The position numbers and the translations under genes were made by a program. From Octopus bimaculoides (Eukaryota), in the NCBI RefSeq assembly GCF_001194135.2, contig NC_068991.1, positions 32,730,510 through 32,793,159 on the forward strand: a DNA stretch of 62,650 nucleotides. Direction: 5' to 3'. Under the pieces are notes generated by a model. The model ran no database searches. It was not told where the DNA came from and saw nothing but the letters and a program-made list of their open reading frames with translations. Below are positions 1 through 12,837 of this stretch, piece after piece (within the stretch, counting starts at the first letter, position 1; the number at the start of each line of letters is the position of its first letter).

Positions 1-7
1 CCTTGCA

Positions 8-46
<39 letters not shown>

Positions 47-173
47 ATTAGCTTGAAAAATAAAGACACTAGGATATTTTCCTACTTTTCTCAACATGAA
101 ACCTATAGTAGCCTTAATTTACAAATAAATCTACTAATGTGGTGTTGAGCACTCATTTTTGTCATTCAACATT

Positions 174-207
<34 letters not shown>

Positions 208-611
208 GGACGTGCTGCCTAAGTAGGCAGTGCCTACCATGAATAAAATAGAGCGATAGCAACAGTTTCCTTTCATGGCAAAATATGCACCTAATTCAAT
301 AAAATTATGAAGGTTAGTCTGATTACTATGCATAAAATGTAGAAAGTTTTATTTTTTTGTAGATTAGGTAGGCATAATTCGAGCCTGATTTTCAATCTCA
401 GTATTTAAGCTATGCAAAGTACTGCTATAGTACATGTGCTGTGTACATTTTTACAACACAGTTTTCTTTACATGCTATAAAGGTAGAAATAGATCTGCCT
501 TCAACTCAGTTAGGTGCCTGTGTTTTGCTTATTTGTTGTGTCTTATACTACATAAAGGTCGCCAATTACCTACCCTGAATAATTACTGATGCTTGATATA
601 TATAATCATCA

Positions 612-812
612 TAGGCGTAGGAGTGGCTGTGTGGTAAGTAGCTTGCTTACCAACCACATGGTTCCGGGTTCATTCTCACTGCATGGCACCTTGGGCAAGT
701 GTCTTCTACTATAGCCTTGGGCCGACCAAAGCCTTGTGAGTGGATTTGGTAGACGGAAACTGAAAGAAGCCTGTCGTATATATGTATATATATATATGTA
801 TATATATATATG

Positions 813-844
<32 letters not shown>

Positions 845-1318
845 TATGTATATTTTGAAAAAAATCTGTAAATGTACAAACATCCAGATTTCTGAGTACC
901 TTAAAATTTTTTTCTATATAATTTCTGTACATCACCTCCAAACCTTCCAATATATATATATATATATATATATANNNNNNNNNNNNNNNNNNNNNNNNNN
1001 NNNNNNNNNNNNNNNNNNNNNNNNNNNNNNNNNNNNNNNNNNNNNNNNNNNNNNNNNNNNNNNNNNNNNNNNNNNNNNNNNNNNNNNNNNNNNNNNNNNN
1101 NNNNNNNNNNNNNNNNNNNNNNNNNNNNNNNNNNNNNNNNNNNNNNNNNNNNNNNNNNNNNNNNNNNNNNNNNNNNNNNNNNNNNNNTGTTTACGTCCAT
1201 GTAACTTAGCGGTTCGGCAAAGAGAGACCGAAGAATAAGTCCTGGGGTCGATTTGCTCGACTTAAGGCGGTGCTCCAGCATGCCCACAGTCAAAAAAGAC
1301 TGAAACAAGTAAAAGAGT
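612..1318 (+). mobile_element. tRNA-derived SINE (abundant cephalopod family); 5' body 612-800, 3' end 1187-1318, split by (TA)n and a gap
   Basis: A-box TGGCTGTGTGG, B-box-like GGTTCATTCTC, CORE-like GGCACCTTGGGCAAGTG; 3' end ...gactgaaacaagtaaaag recurs at 2180, 42400, 48350 and 52420. Confidence 0.8.
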
Positions 1319-2170
1319 ATCATCATTTAATGTCCATTGTCTACGCTGGCATGGGTTGGATGGTTTGACCAGGCCTGGCAAGCTGGAAGGCTACACCAGA
1401 CTCCAGCCTGATTTGGTATGGTTTCTATGACTGGATGCCCTTCCTAACGCTAACCACTCTGAGAGTGTAATGAGTGCTTTTACATGCCACCAGCATGGGT
1501 GCCATTTGTGTGACACCAGTATCTACCATGACTGTAAATTTACTTGGCTTGATGGGTCTTCTTCTTAAGCACAACATAATTCGACGTTGCCTCTCTGAGG
1601 CCCAGAAAGGAGCTTTTCACGTGCCATCAGCATCAGCCACTTTGCCTCCATGAGGCCCAACACTCGAAAGGTGTTTTTTATGTGTCAGTTATGTGACACC
1701 AGCACTGGCCATGACTACGCTTTCACTTAGCTTGATGGGTCTTCTCAAGCACAGCATATCACCAAAGGGCTCGGTCACTAGTCATTGCCTCTGTGAGGCC
1801 CAATGTTTGCAGATCATGCTTCACCACCTCATCCTATGTCTTCCTGGGTCTACCTCTTCCACAGCTTCCTTCCACAGTTAGAGATTGGCACTTCTTCACA
1901 CAACTGTCCACATCCACACTCACCACATGACCATACCAACACAGTCATCTATCTTGTACACCACATCTGATGCCTCTTATGTCCAACTTTTCTCTCAAGA
2001 TGCTTCAATTCTGTTGTACATGTACACTGACATTGCATATCTAGTGAAGAATACTAGCTTCATTTCTTTCAAGCCTATACATGTCTTCAGCTGTCACAGT
2101 CCATGTTTCACTACCTTGTAGCATAGCTGTTCACTCATAGGTATCATACAATCTGCCTTTCACTCTGTGG
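1319..2170 (-). mobile_element. RTE-clade LINE, 5'-truncated 3' fragment
   Basis: (TGA)n tail read as catcat on plus; antisense to the RTE C-terminal CVQERRLRWYGHV region and the repetitive 3'UTR. Confidence 0.8.
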
Positions 2171-2179
2171 TAGAGACAC

Positions 2180-2910
2180 ACCTATTTTTTACTTGTTTCA
2201 GTCATTAGACTGTAGCTATGCTGGGGCACCACCTTGAAGAATTTTAGTTCAACAAATTGATCCTAGCACTTTTTTGGGGTTTTAATCCTGGTATTTACTC
2301 TATTGATTTCTTTTACCAAACCACTAAGTTACAGTGATGTAAATACACCAATAGCAGTTTTCAAGCAGTGGTGGGGGATAAACATAAATACACGGTTGGC
2401 CCAAAGCTATAATAGAAGACACTTCTCTAAGATGCCACACATAGAGAAAGGATTCAGTGTGGTGTTGCAATCACTGACTAAGCAACAAAATAAATTTGCA
2501 ATAAGTCAAAGAGGAGACTTATGACCTCTTTTGACTAACATTGAATCTAATATAGAAAATTTAGCTAGATTTCATCTGGCACAGGGAAGTCATTAACTTG
2601 CTATGTATAAAGTAAACTTTTGTCTTTATTAGTTTTTTTTATCAAAAGGGGCTCTGCAAAAAAAAAAAAAATGGTTAAGGACCACTGATCTAGGACTACA
2701 TTACCTAATGTGTTCTTCCTTGATGTTGTTTAACCCCAAATAAGTCCTGATCTGGCAAACTTTTTATCAAAAATGTTCAAACAGTAACCATCCCATCCCA
2801 TCATTTATTCAGGCGTCATGTATTTAGGAGTATATGTTAAATAATCTATATTATCTAATGTATCTGGAACCATGTGGTTGGAAAGCAAACTTCGTACTGC
2901 GCAGCCACAC
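2180..2910 (-). mobile_element. SINE interrupted by a 423-bp foreign insert (2441-2863)
   Basis: 3' part 2180-2440 and 5' part 2864-2910 are colinear with the SINE at 612. Confidence 0.8.
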
Positions 2911-5900
2911 ACAAACAAACATCATCATCGTTTAAAGTCCGCTTTCCATGCTATCATGGGTTGGGCGATTTGACTGAGGACTGGTGAAACCAGATGGCTA
3001 CACAGGCTCCAATCTGATTTGGCAGAGTTTCTACAGCTGGATGCCCTTCCTAATGCCAACCACTCCAAGATTGTAGTGGGTGCTTTTATGTGCCACCGGT
3101 ACGAAGGCCAGTCAGGCTGTACTGGCAATGGCCATGCTCAAAATGGTGTATTTTACATGCCACCTACACAGGAGCCAGTCCAGTGGCACTGTCAATGATC
3201 TTGCTTGAATGTCTTTACGAGTGCCAGGAAGGCGACGATGGGCACATGTGCCATCACGATTTCGCTTTCGCTTGCCCCAACAGGTCTTCGCAAGCCAAGT
3301 TTAGTGTCCAATGAAGGAGACAACGTTGGCATGGGTGCCAGTTGTCGAATTTAGTTCGCTTTCAATTTCACTTGCCTTAGCAGGTCTTCCCAAGTGGAGT
3401 TTAGTGTCCAATGATGGAAGGTACGCATAAGTGGGCTGGCAACACCCCGGGCAGAGGCCTTGGATTTAGGTCTCACTTGGCTTGCTGGGTCTTCTCACGC
3501 ACACCATGTTTCCAAAGGTCACAGTCAGAAGTTATCGCCTCGGTGAGGCCCAATGTTCGAAGGTCGTGCCCCACCAGCTCATTCCAGGTCTTCCTGGGCC
3601 TACCTCTTCCACAGGTTCCCTCAACTGCTAGGGTGTGGCACTTTTTCACACAGCTATCCTCATCCATTCTCGCCACATGACCATACCAGCGCAATCGTCT
3701 CTCTTGCATACCACAACTGATGCTTCTTAGGTTCAACTTTTCTTTCAAGGTACTTACACTCTGTCTAGTATGCACACTGACATTACACATCCATCGGAGC
3801 ATACTGGCTTCATTCCTTGCGAGCCTACGCATGTCCTCAGCAGTCACAGCCCATGTTTCACTGCCATGTAGCATGGCTGTTCATACACATGCGTTATACA
3901 GTCTGCCTTTTACTCTGAGTGAGAGGCCTTTTGTCACCAGCAGAGGTAAGAGCTCTCTGAACTTTGCCCAAGCTATTCTTATTCTAGCAGCTACACTTTC
4001 AGCGCACCCTTCCCCACTACTAACTTGGTCACCTAGATAGCGGAAGTTATCAACTAAATCTAGTTTTTCTTCCTGGAATGTAGCCAAAGTTGTTTTCTGC
4101 CACATACAAAAACTAAGTTCCTAGTTAACCTTCCTTTGATATTGCCGCACCTATTATGTGTCCATAGCTGGCACTGGGCACATCTTATAGAGTTTCTACC
4201 TATTCCTTTTCTACAGATCGAGCAGGGCCATCTCCCCACATGTGTATCATGTGTGTGTGTGCGTGTGTGTGTGAGTATGTGGTATTTAATTTCTNNNNNN
4301 NNNNNNNNNNNNNNNNNNNNNNNNNNNNNNNNNNNNNNNNNNNNNNNNNNNNNNNNNNNNNNNNNNNNNNNNNNNNNNNNNNNNNNNNNNNNNNNNNNNN
4401 NNNNNNNNNNNNNNNNNNNNNNNNNNNNNNNNNNNNNNNNNNNNNNNNNNNNNNNNNNNNNNNNNNNNNNNNNNNNNNNNNNNNNNNNNNNNNNNNNNNN
4501 NNNNNNNNNNNNNNNNNNNNNNNNNNNNNNNNNNNNNNNNNNNNNNNNNNNNNNNNNNNNNNNNNNNNNNNNNNNNNNNNNNNNNNNNNNNNNNNNNNNN
4601 NNNNNNNNNNNNNNNNNNNNNNNNNNNNNNNNNNNNNNNNNNNNNNNNNNNNNNNNNNNNNNNNNNNNNNNNNNNNNNNNNNNNNNNNNNNNNNNNNNNN
4701 NNNNNNNNNNNNNNNNNNNNNNNNNNNNNNNNNNNNNNNNNNNNNNNNNNNNNNNNNNNNNNNNNNNNNNNNNNNNNNNNNNNNNNNNNNNNNNNNNNNN
4801 NNNNNCTCCCTAATTAGTTGGGCTATGACCCTCTCCGTGACTTTCATTACCTGATCTAACAATTTGATACCTCTGTAATTATTTGTATCTAAAGCATCAC
4901 CTTTATCTTTGTAACAGTTGACTATGGTGCTGCTACACCAGTCATTGGGTATGACTCCTTCGTGTATTACCTGATTAACAATACGGGTGACTAGGCTATA
5001 GCTGACACTGCCAGATATTTTGAGCATCTCTGCAGTGATTCCTGATGGGCTGGGGGCTTTCCCTGTCTTCATACTCTTAATTGCTTTATCTACCATGGTA
5101 CTGTCAACTCGGATAGCTGGTCCCTCTGTTGGGTCAACATTTGGCAGACTCTCTTTCTCCCACTCATTCTCTTTATTGAACAACCTTTCATAGTGGTGTC
5201 TCCAAACCTCTTTCTTTGCAGCCTCATTTAGTGCAAACGTACCATCATCCATGCGGACACATTTCTCTCCCACGACATCACGATTCTCTCTCACACACTG
5301 TCTTGCAACACGAAATACCTCAAGTCTTTGGTCCTCACAGCGCAGAACATTGGCAAATTTTTTCTTATCTGCTTCCCCTCTGGCTAAATAAACCTGTCGC
5401 TTAGCTTCCCTTCTGGCATATGTGTATATTGTCATAATACAATATGTACAACAGCTGTAAGTATGGTTGTGAAGTTAAGTAGTTTAATTCTGAACCATGT
5501 AGTTTCGGGTTCAGTGCCACTGTATTATATTATGTGACTGGGTCTGGTAGATAGAAAGAAACCTGTGAATGGAGTTAGAGGATGGAGAGGGAGGATAATA
5601 GAGAAATGAGAAATAGAGGGGGTAAGTCAAAAAGTGAAAGGATACATTAGATCCTATAATTTTAGACAAACCATGTCTGAACAAAAAGGAGATGGTTGTA
5701 GCAGAAACGTCTCTGATTATTTGTCTAAAGGTTCAAGCCTGGCCTGGAGCTAAACAACAACTGCAGCCACTTATACTAATATACATTAGATAATATACAT
5801 TATTTAACATATACTCCTAAATACATGACGCCTGAATAAATAATGGGGTGGTTACTGTTGGAACATTTTTGATAAAAAGTTTGCCAGATCAGGACTTATT

Positions 5901-6325
5901 TGGGGTTAAACAACATCAAGGAAGAACACATTAGGTAATGTTGTCCTAGATCAGTGGTCCTTAACCATTTTTTTTTTTTTTGCAGAGCCCCTTTTTAAGT
6001 AATTGTTATACCTAGTACCAACCTAAGTGGTGGATGATATCTCATGACTAAACTATCTTAACATGGATGTTAATTTATAAATTCCACACAAATATGGATT
6101 GCATAAGCTTTAACAGTGAAATGATAAAAAAAACTAATAAAGACAAAAGTTTACTTTATACATAGCAAGTTAATGACTTCCCTGTGCCAGATGAAATCTA
6201 GCTAAATTTTCTATATTAGATTCAATGTTAGTCAAAAGAGGTCATAAGTCTCCTCTTTGACTTATTGCAAATTTATTTTGTTGCTTAGTCAGTGATTGCA
6301 GCACCACACTGAATCCTTTCTCTAT
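2441..6325. repeat. Near-identical inverted duplication: 2441-2863 vs 5781-6325
   Basis: The reverse complement matches nearly base for base; the left arm lacks about 125 bp (roughly 5997-6121). Confidence 0.95.
2921..5440 (-). mobile_element. RTE LINE, decayed ORF2 (RT N-terminal half, gap, PHD-like insert, C-terminus) plus 3'UTR and tail
   Basis: ORF 4200..5435 has KAIKSMKTGKAP..G and NYRGIKLL..VMKV; ORF 3881..4105 has FRYLGD..S; ORF 3473..3874 has LHGSETW and RRLRWYGHV. Confidence 0.92.
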
Positions 6326-6673
6326 TAAATATGAAGAAGGAAAAGCAATGAACAACAATTTAATTTCTTGCCAAAGTTGAGAATACTTGCTTTGCATTTT
6401 GGGCTAGAATAACTCATAACCGAACTGTTGAAAATATATTTGACTTTGAAATTATTTTTTATGTCAATAATTTCTTAGTGTAAATTTGGTTGAGCAGAAG
6501 TGACATCAGAAAGAAAGGGATTTATGACCCAATTAGGTGCTTTAAAATCAGTAAAATTTAGTATGTTAATTATGTAGCCTTACCCCTTCCCCACTGTCCT
6601 CTAAAGCCTAACATCCTCTTTAACATGTCCAGCACCCCCTTAGGAGTGGTACCACCCACTTTGAGAACATCTG
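5952..6673 (+). mobile_element. Non-autonomous hAT (Charlie-type) MITE
   Basis: Ends CAGTGGTCCTTAACC / TTTGAGAACATCTG; imperfect 8-bp TSD TCCTAGAT / TTGTAGAT. Confidence 0.65.
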
Positions 6674-6902
6674 TTGTAGATAAACTATATCTGAATAAAT
6701 GATAGATGGTCACAGCAAGAACATCCTTGATCATAGATCTGTTGGATCAACGATGACCTTGGACAAAATAGCAACAAGTAAAGATAAATCATATACATGC
6801 AGAAGGACCCTGTTTCACTTGGGTTATAAACTCACTTGGGTTATAAACACAATTCTCTTTGCTTGTAGTGTAATTTGACACCTTCCTTCTAGGCATGATT
6901 AA

Positions 6903-7407
6903 GTAAATATTTCATAAAGGACCCGTTTATACCGCAGTGTGAAATAATATATTTCCACGAATTTTTTAGAGAGCATTCAATGTACCTGACCTCTAAACCC
7001 ACCACAAGCCACCTTTTCTGGAAAAGAAAGGGGGAGGGGGACCTCGGAGTTTCCCACTAATGGAGCTTTGTTTTGTGGGTTTTTGCTTTTCTTTTCCAGG
7101 TTATTTCGCAGACTTTTAATGAATGTGACATCAAAATCATGCATGAATGGCTCCTTTCCCCAGAAAAAGGAAAGATTTAGCAGCTATTTCTAGCATGCCT
7201 TACTACCACGGAGCAGCTATTTGTGATAAAGGACCCTCTAATATTTTGCTGTGAAATAATTTTTTGACCCCTCCCCCACTTTCTTTTCCAGAAAAAAGTG
7301 GCTTGCAGCAGGTTTGGAGGTCAGATATGTTGAATGCACTCACAAAAACCTGTGTAAAAAAATTATTTCACACCAAGGTACAAACAGGTTTTTTATGAAA
7401 TATTTAC
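6903..7407. mobile_element. Foldback/MITE-like element with ~140-bp imperfect TIRs
   Basis: 6903-7041 is the reverse complement of about 7268-7407 (roughly 75-80% identity by eye). Confidence 0.75.
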
Positions 7408-8030
7408 CTATGGTTATTTACTGATACACAAATACACCTATACAGAAGACTGCAAATAATGAAAGTAGCTGTAATAATTTTTTTGACACCAGACATTGTT
7501 ACAATGGTAAACACTAGACAGAATGAAGAGAGAACAATAGAGATGTGACATCATTGTGGTATAAAATGTCCTTTAATATCTCATATGTAACAAATGCACA
7601 AACACACACACACTCAGACACATATACACTCATATACAAAATGTGACTTCGCCATCATTGTCATCATGGTATAAAATGTCTGTCACTGTAGTTGACTAGA
7701 GAAAGATTATTTTCAAGAAAATGTGATATTGTTTCAATCCAAATGAAAATAAAAATTACATGTTGACATTCGCGGGGTGTAATACTATTACATCGTAAAA
7801 TTTGATTTGATTTGAAGCTGTTAGAGAATGCACAGGGAACAGACAGACAAAGAATTTTATATAGAGAGAGATATTATAGTCTGGAATAATAATATCTGAA
7901 TAAAAGACAGGATGGTTACAGCTGGAACATGCTTGATCATATATCTGCTGAATCAAGAGCAAGCTAAGGCTAAATAACAACACATTTGCACATATTTTTA
8001 AGTAAAAATCTTGCAACTATATTTTCTTAC

Positions 8031-8149
8031 CTTTGTTATCTGATCCAAGTGCTTTAACATATGTTTTTTATCATATAATCTTGTTTTAAAATGGTTTTTT
8101 ACAAATGGTACATAAAAGACAACAAGTTGCAGACAGCGAGATGCAAGAG
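8031..8149 (-). CDS. VPS54: VPS54 exon (119 nt, phase 1-0): ALASRCLQLVVFYVPFVKNHFKTRLYDKKHMLKHLDQITK
   Basis: Acceptor tttaatttcag|CT; donor AAAG|gtaaga. Confidence 0.95.
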
Positions 8150-8162
8150 CTGAAATTAAAAT

Positions 8163-8202
<40 letters not shown>

Positions 8203-11200
8203 CAATAATAATAGTAATAATAATGACGACGACAACAATAAGAAGAAGAAGAAGGAGAAGAAGAAGAAGAGGAGGGGGAGTCACAAGAGTTATCTTTTTA
8301 TAAAATAAAGCTGCGTACATTTATATTTAACACATTTGTGCATACTTAAATGTAGTGGAAAGACCTTTGCAGTGGTAACTATTCTCAGAAGAAAAATTCT
8401 TTTTATAGATCATGTATGGGAAAACACTGAGCTGGACTATGACATCATTAACAACCATCTTTAACCCTCACTATTCTCATACACATTTTCTGACATTAGG
8501 GAAGAAATCACAATATTGTGATGTGATATGTTCGGACATCATTCAGAATATAATTAAGCCATCAGCAACTAAATTGGTTATCTTACTGGGCATGCTTGGT
8601 GAGACTGGTGTTTTTGGTAACTGGACACCCTGCAAGGCAAACAGCAAAACCTAGCAGAGGCCAGATGGATTCAGGAGAGTCAATGGCCATCCAGTTATGA
8701 CCCATGTTATTATTGTTGTTGCTAACACTACATAGTAGTTCATGGTTGGTAATGATAATAACAATAATTACCCTGAAACCAAAAGGATCTTGTTGGCCCC
8801 TGCTAGGGTTGCACTTCTCACATAGGGAGGAAGGCCCTGTTAGTCTTGGTTGGCACTCTTGTACTCATGTTAGAGATGGTATCTCAATAAAATATTGGTG
8901 GTAGCATCACCTTGCAACTTATCCTGAGACCACAAATACTGAGTTGGTCTCCAGCAGGGTCAAGTCTGATACATGAAGAGGCAGACTCTCTTTAGCCTTG
9001 GTTGGTTAGCAATCCTCAGAGATGGTGTCTAAATAAAATTACCAATATTAGTGTCACCTTAAAACACTAACCTCATTACAGATAACCTCAAAACTGGAAT
9101 TGGAGGTTGTAGGACTGACACTATCAAGAGTGGCAGGCAGGTGATGCAGAGTTGATCCATATCAATCTTCCTCTTAATACTATAAAATGATCCCTAGTTT
9201 AAGTGAAAAAAAATATCAAAAACCTGCACCAGTGCAAGATCTAACTGAAAGAAGCCAGATAAAACCACTTGAATGAAAGAAGTGAACAAATCTGCAATGA
9301 AATATTGCTTTATGAATGAACCAAATGAAAGAAAGGATAATAGGTGAAGTATGTTAGCAGTTTGGAATTAAATAGGTGTATTTCCAGGAAAAGCAGAAAC
9401 TGGCATGGCAGGCATGTTATATAAAGCATTATGGCTTTGAACCTATTAGAAATTAAACATCATCATCATCATCATTTAACATCTGTTGTCCATGCTGGCA
9501 TGGGTCAGTTTGGCTGGCAAGCTGGAAGGCTGTACTAGACTCTAGTCTGATTTGGCATGGTTTCTATGGTTGGATGCCCTTCCTAATGCCAACCACTCTA
9601 AAAGTATAATGGGTGTGTAGCGAGCTTCTCTCTCTCTCTGTTATATATACATGAGTGCGGACGTAGCAGATAATAGCTAGCCTTCGGCCACATCTATGGA
9701 CCCTGTTGTGTTCACCATGCTGATTGGTTGGCATTGATGTATTTTTGTCTCTTGTTCTATCTTGTGCCACGGTTCAACCCAACCAATCGCCGCCTTCAGA
9801 TAAGGTCACATAGGACAGTTTTTCTGAACCCCAGTTGAGCCGAGAGTATGGTATAAAATCTAGCTTTCCATTCGTCCCATTTGTCAGTCTGGCTCTAGAC
9901 CTTCTGAGGTATAGCCACTGACCATAGAGCACACAGCCAGTTCTAGCAACAACACGATACAGCTTCATTGGAGATCTAACACTTTGTTCAACTTTACTGC
10001 AAACGCCTTCATCGCCACCACCAGCATCTACACCAATTTCTCTACGTACACACCACCAGCAACGCTTGCACAGCTTTCTCCATGCTGTTTGTGAAATGTT
10101 TCACCATGGTTAACAGCGAGTACAACCTGCAAGAACTCTTGTACCAAGTAACCGGCCGCAGCATTGAAGCCTCTACTTCTCACAACATGTGACTCTTCGG
10201 CTCTGCCTTTGCCGCCACAACCTCTAGATACAGAACTTCAACTACAGTGTGCCATTGGATACAAAGTTGTATTTCCCATCCTTGTGCCTGAACTTTCTTC
10301 TAATGTCCTTTTCTATGCTCTGTATTTCTCGCAAACACATACACATGTTTGTATACATACACTCTTTGTTTACATGACGGCCTGTCTATTATTATGTTTA
10401 TTATGTCGCATACACACACAAGTTGATATTCAATAAAAACCTTCTCTTATACTTTTTACCGGTTGTGTCTCTCTCCTTTCCTTCTTGGCACTTATACTCA
10501 TTTAACCTCATTTCATTTTGTTTTATATTTGTGTCGACCGTGCGATGCGCTAAAGGAGCCATTCCTCATCACCATCTCCTGGTTGCACGGTCGTTACAGG
10601 TGCTTTTACAGTCACCAGCATGGTTGTCATTTACCTGACACCAGTATCTGCCACAACTATGATTTCACTTGGCTTGATGGGTCTTCTCAAGCACAGCATA
10701 ATGCCGATGGCCTCAATCATTTGTAATTGTTTCTGCAAGGACCAACTCTTGAAAGGTACTTTTCACGAGTCATCGGCATCAGCCACCTTGCCTCTGTGAA
10801 GCCCAATGCTTGAAAGGTGCTTTTTTATGTGCCACTTATGTGACACCAGCATCGGCCACATCTACAATTTCATTTGGCTTGACAGGTCTTCTCAAGCACT
10901 GGGTATCACTACTAGTCACTGCCTCCACGAGGCCCAACGTTTGAAGATCATGTTTTTACCACCTTGTTCTAAGTCTTCCTGCATCTACCTCTACCGCAGG
11001 TTCCCTCCTCAGTTAGAGATTGGTACTTCTTTACACAGCTGTACTCATCTATACACATCACATGACCATGCCAGTGCAGTCATCTTTCTTGCACACCACA
11101 TCTGATGCTTCTTATGCTCAACTTTTCTCTCAAGATGCTTACACTCTGTCATGCATGCACACTGACATTGCACATCCAGTGAAAAATATTAGCTTCATTT

Positions 11201-12801
11201 CTTTCAAGCCTATGCTTGTCCTCGGATATCACAGTCCATGTTTCACTGCCAAGTAGCATAGCTTTTTGCACACAGGCATCATACAATCTACCTTTCACTC
11301 TGAGGGAGAGACCCTTTGTTGCCAGCAGAGGTAGGAGCTCTCTGAACGTTGCCAGCTTATTCTTATTTTCACAGCTCTGCTCTTGGAGCATCTACCTCCA
11401 CAACTAACTTGGTCACCTAGATAGCAGAAGCTATTTACTACCTTTAGCTTACCCACCTGGCAGTTGATGGGAATTTATTTTCCATAAATTTTTGGTGGTT
11501 ATTGTACCTGTGCACCTTTCACACACAAAAACTATTTTCCCAGTTAACTTTCCTCTGATATTGCAGCACCTCTTATGTGTCCATAGCTTGTACCAGGTAC
11601 ATTTTATGGAGTTTCTACCAATGCCTTTCCTACAGATTGAGCAGGGCCATATACCCGAAGGGATTTATGATTTGTCTGCTCTCCTACTTACTAAAACAGG
11701 AAAAAGAAAATCCACTGGAGGTGGTGTATCTTCTAGTTATTGTTTAAGTAAGTGAAAAATATACAGAGACAGAGAAAATGACAAACTATCACTGAAGAAA
11801 GTGCTGAGTTGCGTGGCGAGGAAATAAAGTTGAGAATGTGGCAAGATGGCTGCAGTGACAAGGAAATGAAATTAATGTCAAGATATCAACCAACTTCAAT
11901 GAAATAATAACACAAACACACCAACACTGGTTGTAAAGTGGTGGTGAGGGAAATGCACACACACACACATGACAGGCTTTTTTCAGTTTCTGTCTACCAA
12001 ATCCATCCACTGGGCTTTGGCTGGCCAAGACTAAAGTAGAAAACACTTGGCCAAGGTAAAACCATGCCAAAACAGACATAACAGCCTGAGCTCCAGCGAT
12101 CAAACCATCTAACCCGTGCCAGCATGGAAAACAGATGTTAAATGATGATGATGATGATGACCAATCTGGGCTTAAAATAATTATATCTGATATATCTCCC
12201 TCATATTTGCTATTTTCCAGAGTACTTTCAGTGTTAAATGTGCTATTATCATTATTATTATTGAGTGAGAGCAGTGCATTGCATCAAAGTGACACTGAGG
12301 CAAAATACACAAAGCCCAGTATACCCATCATGACTACCTGTCTGATAAAGGTACACCGGGTGTATGCATCACAACCATATGTACGTGACACGGTGGTCTC
12401 ATATCAAGATAAACAGTGCATGACCTTGAAGGTGGGGCCAACTTAGAATTTCTTTAAGTCAAGTAGCCCATCACACCCAAAAGATCCCTGAATGAGGGTT
12501 GTTTAAGGATGCTGAACGAAATACCCACGTAAATTATCCAAACCCCAAAGAATTCCTCTCAACACATGGCTATGATGCTTGCCCACTATTTCTGCTCATG
12601 ATCAGAAATGCACATATTGTCAGCCACGAAGGGACATGCTTAACTGGTTAAATTCAAACAACTGACAAGCAAATCTGTGGTATTGAGCAGAATATTTGCT
12701 GTAGCCCATCTTTTATAACAAGACAAAACATGTGCATGATAACACCTCCAATCAATTAACATCAGAAGCCATGAGAGCCAGTGCCTAGTACTGCATCAGG
12801 G

Positions 12802-12837
<36 letters not shown>

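Noticed and set aside
205-577. CAGGG...CCCTG possible hAT MITE
   Set aside because: Only a 5-bp terminal match and no TSD.
612-700. tRNA gene
   Set aside because: The A/B boxes belong to a SINE head; no cloverleaf or terminator, and it continues into SINE body.
1-8030. Next VPS54 exon (expected DYxDH..EI..KLV)
   Set aside because: Not found on the minus strand; probably beyond position 1 or in a gap.
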